32,000 bases of DNA, from the NCBI RefSeq assembly GCF_003633715.1, contig NZ_RBIE01000001.1:515833-547832 (forward strand), given 5' to 3'. Below the pieces are notes generated by a model that saw only the letters and a program-made list of their open reading frames with translations, was not told the origin of the DNA and searched no databases. Made by a program: the position numbers and the translations under genes. Of this stretch, positions 1 to 7,304 are shown piece after piece. Source of the stretch: Thermovibrio guaymasensis. Lineage in GTDB: Bacteria; Aquificota; Aquificia; Desulfurobacteriales; Desulfurobacteriaceae. Numbering within the stretch: the stretch's first letter is position 1; each line of letters opens with the position of its first letter.

Positions 1-495
1 GCCCTTGCGGTTTATTCTGTTTTCTTCTACCTTTTTGCCTACACATTTATGACGATTGCAGCCTTTGGAATTATTTCACTTTTAACCGTGAAAGGCTTTA
101 AAGGAGAGAACCTCACAGAGTGGAGGGGTCTCTACGGGAGGAGTCCCTTCTTGGCCCTCCTGTCCGTAGTCATCTTTATGGCACTTGCCGGAATTCCGCC
201 TCTTCTTGGTTTCTGGGCTAAGTTCTACGTTCTTGTTGCCCTAATAAAGGCTGGAAAGGTCCTTCCTGCTGTTATCGTTATGTTGGCAAGCTTAATCTCC
301 CTCGGTTTTTACTTAAAGCCGATAGTCTTTGCCTTTATGAAGGAGGGGAGAGAGGAAGGAGTTCCGGTTGGCTTTTCCTCCTACGTAGCAGTTTTTATAT
401 CCTCATTTATACTAATAATTCTGGGGCTTTTCCCCGAAGTTGTTTCTCAAGCCTCTTTGGTTAGTTTAGCCTCTTTTATAAAGGGGACAATGTAG
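1..495 (+). CDS. nuoN: NADH-quinone oxidoreductase subunit N, C-terminal part (5' end outside the window)
   Basis: Frame 1 is open from base 1 (ALAVYSVFFYLFAYTF precedes the track's first Met). The sequence is polytopic and hydrophobic. It carries the NuoN/ND2-type motif ALAGIPPLLGFWAKFYVLVALIKAG. Stop TAG at 493-495. Confidence 0.8.
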   Translation, partial: ALAVYSVFFYLFAYTFMTIAAFGIISLLTVKGFKGENLTEWRGLYGRSPFLALLSVVIFMALAGIPPLLGFWAKFYVLVALIKAGKVLPAVIVMLASLISLGFYLKPIVFAFMKEGREEGVPVGFSSYVAVFISSFILIILGLFPEVVSQASLVSLASFIKGTM

Positions 496-1884
496 ATGGA
501 GGAGCTCTACAGGCAAATTCCGAAAGTTGATAAGTTTTTAAAGGATAAGGACTTAATTGAAATCCTTGACGGTCAACCTGCTTTTTTCCTGAAGAAAGCG
601 GTAAATCAAGTTCTTGGGGAGCTCCGCTCCCAAATAGGCAAAGGAGAGGTTAAAGAGGTTAACTATGAAGAATTAAAGTTGCGGGTAAAAAGGGTACTTA
701 AGGAGCTCCTAAGGCCGAGACTTCACAGGGTAATTAATGCAACGGGAGTAGTCCTTCATACCAACCTTGGAAGGGCTCCCATCGGGAATAAGGTTGCCGA
801 AAACCTAGTTTCTGTAATAACTGGTTACTCTAACTTAGAGTACGACCTTGAAGAAGGAAGGAGGGGGTTAAGGTACAGGAACCTTGAGTGGATTTTGAAG
901 GAACTAACGGGTGCTGAGGACGTTTGTGTAGTTAACAACAACGCCGGAGCAGTTCTTCTAGTTCTCTCTGCCCTTTCAAAGGGTAAGGAAGTCATAGTTT
1001 CAAGGGGAGAACTGATAGAGATCGGAGGTTCCTTCAGGATACCCGACGTAATGGCGCAGAGCGGGGCCATTTTAAGGGAGGTTGGAACTACGAACAAGAC
1101 TCACACTTGGGATTACGAATCTGCTATAAACGAGAATACCGGTCTCCTCTTAAAGGTCCACACCAGTAACTACAAAGTCCTCGGGTTTACCCACTCTGTC
1201 TCAACTAAGGAGCTAGTTGAGCTTGGAAGGAAATACGGAATTCCTGTTTATGAAGACCTTGGAAGCGGTAGCTTTATAGATGTTAGGAAACTGGGGCTCT
1301 CCTACGAGCCTACAGTTCAGGAAGTTTTAAAGGCTGGAGTGGACGTTGTCTCTTTTAGTGGTGATAAGCTCCTCGGGGGAGCTCAAGCCGGGATAATTCT
1401 CGGAAAGAGGGAGTTTATTGAAAAAATAAAGAAGCATCCTCTAAACAGGGCTTTAAGGGTTGATAAGATGACCCTATCCGTCCTTGAAGCTGCTTTAAGG
1501 TATTACCTTGATGAGAAGCTTGCCCTAAAGGAAATTCCCGTTTGGAGGTTTCTCTCCCAGAGTAAGGAAGACATCTTTAACAAGGCAAGGGAGCTCGTTA
1601 GAGAGCTTAAGCTTAAAGGCTTTAGGGGAAAGGTGAGGATAGTTGAGGATGAGGCTGAAGTTGGAGGGGGAGCTCTTCCTCTTCAAACTCTTTCAACTTA
1701 CTGTGTTGCAGTTGAGGTTGACGGTTTGTCCCCTCAAGAAATTGATAGGAGGATGAGGAGATGTCAGGTTCCGGTAGTTGGTAGAATAAAAGATAATATC
1801 TATCTGGTTGATATGTTGACAGTTTTTGAAAAGGAAATTCCTGAGATAGCTGCAAACTTCCTTAAGATTTTGGAGGAAGAATGA
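496..1884 (+). CDS. selA: L-seryl-tRNA(Sec) selenium transferase
   Basis: 462 aa. SelA-type motifs RVINATGVVLHTNLGRAP and FSGDKLLGGAQAGII (PLP lysine region). The length fits SelA. ATG directly follows the nuoN stop (TAGATG). Confidence 0.9.
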   Translation: MEELYRQIPKVDKFLKDKDLIEILDGQPAFFLKKAVNQVLGELRSQIGKGEVKEVNYEELKLRVKRVLKELLRPRLHRVINATGVVLHTNLGRAPIGNKVAENLVSVITGYSNLEYDLEEGRRGLRYRNLEWILKELTGAEDVCVVNNNAGAVLLVLSALSKGKEVIVSRGELIEIGGSFRIPDVMAQSGAILREVGTTNKTHTWDYESAINENTGLLLKVHTSNYKVLGFTHSVSTKELVELGRKYGIPVYEDLGSGSFIDVRKLGLSYEPTVQEVLKAGVDVVSFSGDKLLGGAQAGIILGKREFIEKIKKHPLNRALRVDKMTLSVLEAALRYYLDEKLALKEIPVWRFLSQSKEDIFNKARELVRELKLKGFRGKVRIVEDEAEVGGGALPLQTLSTYCVAVEVDGLSPQEIDRRMRRCQVPVVGRIKDNIYLVDMLTVFEKEIPEIAANFLKILEEE

Positions 1885-3902
1885 AGAGAATTCTCCCTTT
1901 AGTTATTTTGTCTATCCTCCCCGTTGAAGCTTCTCTTTCTCAGGAGAACTTTTCCTACTACATTCTCAATCAGGAGCTTAAGGTCCTCTCTGCTACCGGT
2001 GAGGAAACCTCACTTTCAGAGGTTCCAAGGCATACCATCGTTATAACTAGGGAAGAGATAGACCGTTTAGGGGCAAAGAACCTTTTTGAGCTCCTTGATA
2101 AACTTCCGGAGTTTTACGTTCGCAGGTCTTTCTTCGGCTTAAGGGCTGTTGGGGCCCTTGGGATTCGCCAGAGTTATTTCTCAGAGAAAGTTCAGGTTCT
2201 AATTGATGGAGTATCTACACTTGACCCTTCGAACGGTTCATCTTTCAGCACTAACAATAACTACTCCCTTGATAACGTTAAGCAGGTTGAGATAATCTAC
2301 GGTCCTATGACCTCCCTTTACGGGTTTAACGCCTCCTTGGCAGTTATAAACCTTGTGACCTACGACTCAGATGATGTTAACTCCGACTTCCGTGTAAGTG
2401 GAAGTACAGGTGGCGATGATGACTTTAACTTTATAAAGTCCTTTTCAAAGGGAGGTTTTAAGGGAATCCTATCGGTTAACTACAATCAGTGGAAGACTCC
2501 TCACGGCAGTTATAGAGATTCTCTTGGAGTTTCGGGAGTTTACTCTCCTTTCAGCAAACACTCTTCCTTTTACCTTAAGTTGAATCACGAATCGGGGTTC
2601 TTCCTTAAGAGTTATGTTGTTGATAGGGACGACCACTTCCCGGTTTCTATGTCTCACCTCTTTTCAGGAGGGGATAGTACCTATGCAGATAGGAGGGCTT
2701 TTATTAACCAGCTGGGATTTAGGAGTGAGCTGGGGGGGTGGGGGTTAGAGTTAAAGGGGAACTTAAACTTCTTTTTCCTTGAGAGGGGATATAACCTCTG
2801 TCCGAAGAACCATCAGATATGTAGTCTTGTTCCTTACGGTGTCTTAGCAGTTGAAAAAAGGCACGTTAGGGAACCTGGGGTTGGTTTGAAGCTTGATAGA
2901 AAGGGCAGTCTTGGGGATTTCTTAACTGGCGTTGACTATTACGAGGTAGATTTATATAAGAGTACAATTTCTGCAACCTTTTTCCCTTCCTCCTTGAGGG
3001 AGGTTGCTCCTCAAATTGCAGCAATGGTGGCTGGCTTTCCGGTGGATATGAATTCTATTGTTTCAAAGCTTGATAATTTCCCTAAGAGGGAGCTCCCAAG
3101 TAGTGAAAGCCTCTTAATGGAGAAGTCCCGCTACGTATTCTCCCCCTACGTTCAGTACTTCTACTCAAACGGAAACAACTTTTACCTCTTTAACTTAAGG
3201 TGGCATAGGACGAATGACGTAGGAAGGGACTTAAGTGCTTCTTTCTCCTACAGGAGGAATTTAACGAGGAACTTAAACTTTAAGCTCAACTTGGGAAGGG
3301 CGGTTAGGATACCCTCCTTTGAGGAGATGTACATAAAGAATAACTCGTTCCTCCTAGGAAATCCTAAGCTTGATAGCGAAAAGGAAGACTCTATAATGCC
3401 TTCTTTAGAGTATAATGGAGATACCTTCTTCATTTCCGGTTTCCTGTACTATTCACGGTTTCACGACTTTATCTACAAGAGGAGGCTTTCTCCTGTCACC
3501 TGGAAGTGGGATAACAGTAACACTACGGTAAAAGTGAGAGGTCTCTCTCTGTCTTTGAAAAAGATTTTAAGTGACTCTTGGGAGTTAAACCTTTCCTTTA
3601 ATAGGGTTTTTTCCTTAAGTGGAGTGCCTGGAAAAGGAACTTCTTTCCCCCGTAGTAAATTTACAGGAGGGATTACTTACAGTAGAGATCCTCTTAGTTT
3701 AAATCTCTCCACAGTTGCCTATTCGCGGGTTTCTTCTACTCCTGGTTTCTACAGAACTGATTTAAATTTACGTTACTCTCTTACAGAAAGGCTATCTTTA
3801 ATGTTTCAAGTTATTAACCTAACCAATCAGAACTATACTTATCCAGACAACGTTCCAGGAGAAGAAAGAGCCTTATGGTTAGGGTTACATTACTCCTATT
3901 AA
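1881..3902 (+). CDS. TonB-dependent-receptor-like outer membrane barrel (plug plus beta-barrel); substrate unknown
   Basis: Signal peptide MKRILPLVILSILPVEASLS. Plug-domain-like motifs HTIVITREEIDRLGAKNLFELLDKLPEFYV, VQVLIDGV and VKQVEIIYGPMTSLYG. Long Y/G/S/N-rich beta-type region ending in an aromatic residue (LGLHYSY). GGAGGAAG SD precedes an ATGA overlap with selA. Confidence 0.75.
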   Translation: MKRILPLVILSILPVEASLSQENFSYYILNQELKVLSATGEETSLSEVPRHTIVITREEIDRLGAKNLFELLDKLPEFYVRRSFFGLRAVGALGIRQSYFSEKVQVLIDGVSTLDPSNGSSFSTNNNYSLDNVKQVEIIYGPMTSLYGFNASLAVINLVTYDSDDVNSDFRVSGSTGGDDDFNFIKSFSKGGFKGILSVNYNQWKTPHGSYRDSLGVSGVYSPFSKHSSFYLKLNHESGFFLKSYVVDRDDHFPVSMSHLFSGGDSTYADRRAFINQLGFRSELGGWGLELKGNLNFFFLERGYNLCPKNHQICSLVPYGVLAVEKRHVREPGVGLKLDRKGSLGDFLTGVDYYEVDLYKSTISATFFPSSLREVAPQIAAMVAGFPVDMNSIVSKLDNFPKRELPSSESLLMEKSRYVFSPYVQYFYSNGNNFYLFNLRWHRTNDVGRDLSASFSYRRNLTRNLNFKLNLGRAVRIPSFEEMYIKNNSFLLGNPKLDSEKEDSIMPSLEYNGDTFFISGFLYYSRFHDFIYKRRLSPVTWKWDNSNTTVKVRGLSLSLKKILSDSWELNLSFNRVFSLSGVPGKGTSFPRSKFTGGITYSRDPLSLNLSTVAYSRVSSTPGFYRTDLNLRYSLTERLSLMFQVINLTNQNYTYPDNVPGEERALWLGLHYSY

Positions 3903-4609
3903 TTTTAATACCTTGTATAGCTTATGCTGGCAAGGAAGAAGTGTGTATTTACAACAGTTATAACGTTCCTCCTGCTTTAAAGCTTAAAAAGAAATTGGAG
4001 GAGATTTTAGAAGAGAAAGGATACGATGTTAGTTATATGGCTGACAACTGTGATGTTAAGTTGGTAATAGGAACTCCAGCTCTTATTAGAGTTTTGAAGA
4101 AAGAGGATTTTAAGAAACTGATTTATACTTTTGTTCTCTTTCCTGAGGAACTCCATATAATAAGGGAAAATGTTTATGGAATAAGGATTTTTCCTCTTCC
4201 TGAAAGGAGCGTAAGAGTTTTTATGAAGGAAAAGGGATTAAATAACATTGAGGTTGCTGTTCCGATTAGCCGTAAAATGCTACCTATAGCTAAGAAATAT
4301 TTACCTAAAAAGTATTTTAAAATTTTTGTTTTTAAAAAGTCCCCATCTGAAGTTTTTGGTAAGCTTATAAAGTATAAGTACGTTTATATTTTTCCGGATC
4401 CTAAAATTTTAAAGGTTGTAAATTTGGTTAATTTAATCTCCTTTGGGAAAGAAAATGGGATACTTTTTTTGACAGGTCTAAAGGATTTAAAGAATTATGA
4501 TGTTGATTTCGTTCATGGGGTTTCTTATGAAAAGCTTGCCAATGAAATGGTTGAACTTATAGATAAAGAACCTAAGGAAAAGATTCTTCCTTGTCCGGTT
4601 GAGGAGTAA
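3875..4609 (+). CDS. Secreted/periplasmic protein of unknown function (244 aa)
   Basis: Signal peptide MVRVTLLLLILIPCIAYA|GKEE. The 28-nt overlap with the upstream barrel gene and the TAATG junction with the downstream cyclase argue for a real, co-translated gene. Alternating alpha/beta-like pattern (VKLVIGTPALIRVLKK...LIYTFVLFPEE) weakly recalls periplasmic binding-protein folds. No family confidently recognised. Confidence 0.6.
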   Translation: MVRVTLLLLILIPCIAYAGKEEVCIYNSYNVPPALKLKKKLEEILEEKGYDVSYMADNCDVKLVIGTPALIRVLKKEDFKKLIYTFVLFPEELHIIRENVYGIRIFPLPERSVRVFMKEKGLNNIEVAVPISRKMLPIAKKYLPKKYFKIFVFKKSPSEVFGKLIKYKYVYIFPDPKILKVVNLVNLISFGKENGILFLTGLKDLKNYDVDFVHGVSYEKLANEMVELIDKEPKEKILPCPVEE

Positions 4610-5856
4610 TGGTATCTTTTAGAAGATATGTATTACAAAGAGTTTTTGTTGTAGGATTTATTCTTTTTACGATAACCGTTTTATTTAGTTACTTTTCGGC
4701 TAAAGCTGTGAGGGAAGTTTATTACAAAAACTTAATTTACCTTTCAAATCTTATTGAAACTAACTTTCAAATTTTATTTGATCTTTATAGTAATGAAAGG
4801 TTTATTAAATATCAGTTATCGGAAACTGTTTTGAAAATTCCCGAGTTAGAAGGAATTTACATTGAGCATGATGGAAGGAAATTCGTTTTTCCAGATAGAC
4901 TTCATACTGTTGTAAGGGAGATTAAAAAGGATAATGCTTGTAGTAAATTGTCTTTTTGTAAAGATTTTATTGTTGTCTGTTTGCCTTTTGAAGAAAAGTA
5001 TGCTTCTGTTTTTGTTGAATCCAAGAAAGAAGGTAGATTTGTTACTATCTTTAATAGAAGTCAAGAAAGAAAATTTGTTTATGATTGGATGGCGAATGTT
5101 CTTATTTTAACTTTTGTCTTTACGGGTTTTGGATTTCTCCTTATTTCTTCCATTTGGGGAGAGGTAGGAGAGAACCTTTTTAAATTACATAGGTTAATAT
5201 CTGTGATTGAAAAGAGCTTATCGGAGGGAAGATTTTTAGTAAATGAAAGAAAGATAGGGAATTTATTAAATAGGTTTTCAATAAAAGAGTTTGAAACTGT
5301 TGCTTCTCTTATTTTATATCTTGTAAACCGGGTAAATTCCCTAAATGAGGAAATTGAAAAGTTAGCTATAATGGATCCTCTTACTTCTTTATATAATAGA
5401 AATTATTTGAGACTATTTGTTGAGGAAAAATTTCTTCCCCTTTGGAAAAGGAAAAAATTTCCCATTTCAGTTGCAATGCTTGACTTGGATAACTTTAAGA
5501 AGATAAATGATACCTATGGTCACCAGAAAGGAGATGAAGTTCTGAGGAAGTGGGCTCAAATAATTAAAAGTGAGTTAAGAAAGGCAGATATTCCTGTTAG
5601 GTTTGGTGGTGAAGAAATTTTAATTATCTTTCCCTATTCTAGGAAAGAGGAAGCTTTTAAAGCCCTTGAAAGAATAAGGAAGAAGTTACTCGAAGTGGAT
5701 TTTGGAATAGGAAGAAGGGTCTCCTTTAGTGGAGGAGTTGTAGGTTATCCAGATGATTTGGACAATATAGATTCCCTTGACGATTTAATTAAAATTGCTG
5801 ATGAGAGATTATACAAGGCTAAAAGGCTAGGAAAAAATAGAATTGTTTTAAATTAG
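4609..5856 (+). CDS. Membrane-bound diguanylate cyclase (GGDEF domain) with an N-terminal periplasmic sensor region
   Basis: TM1 VFVVGFILFTITVLFSYF, an extracytoplasmic stretch of about 130 aa, TM2 VLILTFVFTGFGFLLISSIW, then a coiled linker. GGDEF-domain motifs are DPLTSLYNRNYL, LDLDNFKKINDTYGHQKGDEVL, RFGGEEILIIF (GGEEI, nt 5605-5619) and the RxxD I-site RKAD (nt 5578-5589). Confidence 0.9.
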   Translation: MVSFRRYVLQRVFVVGFILFTITVLFSYFSAKAVREVYYKNLIYLSNLIETNFQILFDLYSNERFIKYQLSETVLKIPELEGIYIEHDGRKFVFPDRLHTVVREIKKDNACSKLSFCKDFIVVCLPFEEKYASVFVESKKEGRFVTIFNRSQERKFVYDWMANVLILTFVFTGFGFLLISSIWGEVGENLFKLHRLISVIEKSLSEGRFLVNERKIGNLLNRFSIKEFETVASLILYLVNRVNSLNEEIEKLAIMDPLTSLYNRNYLRLFVEEKFLPLWKRKKFPISVAMLDLDNFKKINDTYGHQKGDEVLRKWAQIIKSELRKADIPVRFGGEEILIIFPYSRKEEAFKALERIRKKLLEVDFGIGRRVSFSGGVVGYPDDLDNIDSLDDLIKIADERLYKAKRLGKNRIVLN

Positions 5857-5870
5857 GGGGGAATTCCCCC
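5857..5870. terminator. GC-rich perfect palindrome GGGGGAATTCCCCC between convergent genes; candidate bidirectional terminator hairpin
   Basis: 14-bp perfect palindrome (5-bp G:C stem, AATT loop). It nearly fills the 18-nt gap between the cyclase stop (5856) and the stop of the 109-aa minus-strand gene (5875). A/T-rich flanks (TTTTAAATTA upstream, TAAATCATTTAA downstream). The stem is short for a canonical intrinsic terminator. Confidence 0.4.
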
Positions 5871-5874
5871 TAAA

Positions 5875-6204
5875 TCATTTAATTATTTCATCCTTTATGT
5901 CTTCGTATTTCTTATAATCTTCTTCTTTCAAGATAGAGTCAATGAACTTATCTATGTCCTCTTTTTCAAGGAATGTTCCAGTTAGGAGTCTCCCTGTATA
6001 CTCGTCGTTCTTTATCTCCCAGAACATATAAAAATCAGGGTAAATTTTCTTTATTTCTCTATAAGCAGTCCCATACTTACTGGGCTTTGTAGGATTCTGC
6101 TCAAGGAAAAAGTGGTTCGGAGCTACTACAATTCTCCAGAGCTCCACTCCAGTCTTTGTTACTACTTTCTGAAGTCTCAGTTCACGGCTCTCCTTCACTC
6201 TCAT
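5875..6204 (-). CDS. Hypothetical cytoplasmic protein (109 aa), last gene of the RND operon
   Basis: ATGA start/stop overlap with the upstream LysM gene (6201-6204). AAGGGGTG SD-like element about 8 nt upstream. No signal peptide or TM segment, acidic C-terminus. No recognisable family. Confidence 0.55.
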   Translation of the reverse strand: MRVKESRELRLQKVVTKTGVELWRIVVAPNHFFLEQNPTKPSKYGTAYREIKKIYPDFYMFWEIKNDEYTGRLLTGTFLEKEDIDKFIDSILKEEDYKKYEDIKDEIIK

Positions 6205-6914
6205 TTCTTACACCCCTTACACAGGAAGTAGTCGGTTGCACTTTGGGGAACTTCTTCAGCCTTAACAGGGCCAACTTTCTTTGGTTTAACTCTTGGAGGT
6301 GGTGGAGTCCTGAGGGCCTCTCTCCTTGCCTCAATTATATCCTTGCAGGTAATATCCCTCGGTATCTTAAGTTTCTGTTTGGGGAAGATAAGGTGAGGGT
6401 TCCTAATCTTATCCCTGTTTGCCTTATAGATAAGGGGCCACTGCCAAGGGTCTCCGTAGATGTAGTCCTTAGAAGCAATACCCCATAGGGTATCTCCTTT
6501 CTTAACTTTGTAAGTCTTTGGAAGGCTCTGCCACCTTCTGAGCATCTCCTCACAACTTGAGAGCTTACTTTGAGCTTCTCTCTGCAGCTCTGCTAATCTC
6601 TGCTGGAGAGCCTCTATCTCAGCGATCTGCTGTCTTAACTTTTGAACCTCAGAGGATAGATCTCCGTACCTCTGTCTTAGTTCCTTCTCCTTAGCCCTTA
6701 GGAGTACAAGTTCCTCTTGACACTTCTGGAGTTTTAACTTGAGCTCCTCATTCTCCTTTAAGGCTTCCTTGTAAGCCTTAATTAAACTCTCCGGGTAGAA
6801 AGCAAAATCTGGTGGGTAGAGAACGAACTTATCCGTTGGGCTGGGACATCCAGCCTGTGCTACTCCTATTCCAGAAAGGAGGGCTATTGAAAAAGCAGCT
6901 ATTAGTTTCCTCAT
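6201..6914 (-). CDS. Secreted coiled-coil protein with a C-terminal LysM peptidoglycan-binding domain
   Basis: Signal peptide [21 protein letters not shown]|GC. Heptad-rich segment of about 90 aa ([30 protein letters not shown]...LAELQREAQ). LysM motif [17 protein letters not shown]...[25 protein letters not shown]. Pro-rich linker [11 protein letters not shown] and a terminal CKGCKK. GGGGAGG SD upstream. Confidence 0.8.
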   Translation of the reverse strand: MRKLIAAFSIALLSGIGVAQAGCPSPTDKFVLYPPDFAFYPESLIKAYKEALKENEELKLKLQKCQEELVLLRAKEKELRQRYGDLSSEVQKLRQQIAEIEALQQRLAELQREAQSKLSSCEEMLRRWQSLPKTYKVKKGDTLWGIASKDYIYGDPWQWPLIYKANRDKIRNPHLIFPKQKLKIPRDITCKDIIEARREALRTPPPPRVKPKKVGPVKAEEVPQSATDYFLCKGCKK

Positions 6915-6919
6915 CTTAC

Positions 6920-7264
6920 CTACCTCCCCAGCCTGCTTTCAAGTTCTTCTATTTGTGATTCAAGCTCTTCTTTTGAAGGTAGAGAAGCCAGTTTTGCCTG
7001 GAGTTTCATCTTCTCTTCTTCTAAGAAGCTAATTTGGCTCTTTAAGTTTTCAATTTCTGCCTTTACTTCTTCTTTCTCACTTTTACAATTTTGAAGCTTT
7101 TCCTGAAGTTCTCTATTTTCTTCTTTAAGCTTCTTGTACTTTACAGGAAGGGTCATCTTTTTACTTTCGGCTTCAGGCTTTACGCTGCAGATATCCCCCG
7201 CGAAAGATCCTATAGGAAGGGCAAATACCCCTAGGAGAATTGTTGTAATCAGTTTTCTTTTCAT
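6920..7264 (-). CDS. Small secreted coiled-coil protein (114 aa), paralogous to the N-terminal half of the LysM protein
   Basis: Signal peptide [22 protein letters not shown]|GDIC. The rest is almost entirely heptad-like ([47 protein letters not shown]). Strong SD GGGAGGAG immediately upstream of the ATG. Confidence 0.65.
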   Translation of the reverse strand: MKRKLITTILLGVFALPIGSFAGDICSVKPEAESKKMTLPVKYKKLKEENRELQEKLQNCKSEKEEVKAEIENLKSQISFLEEEKMKLQAKLASLPSKEELESQIEELESRLGR

Positions 7265-7304
7265 AGCTCCTCCCGAGTTGATAGTTCCTCTTTATTGTAT
7301 CACT

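Noticed and set aside
825-1855. Minus-strand ORFs 825-1097 and 1622-1855 inside selA
   Set aside because: They are antisense shadows within a full-length, motif-supported selA. They have no SD, and their composition is low-complexity.
6156-6553. ORFs 6156-6488 (+) and 6335-6553 (-, alternative frame) within the LysM gene region
   Set aside because: The LysM-frame ORF has a signal peptide, a recognisable LysM motif and an SD. The competing frames have none of these and give Arg/Ser/Leu/Gly/Pro-rich (RSLGP-type) junk translations.
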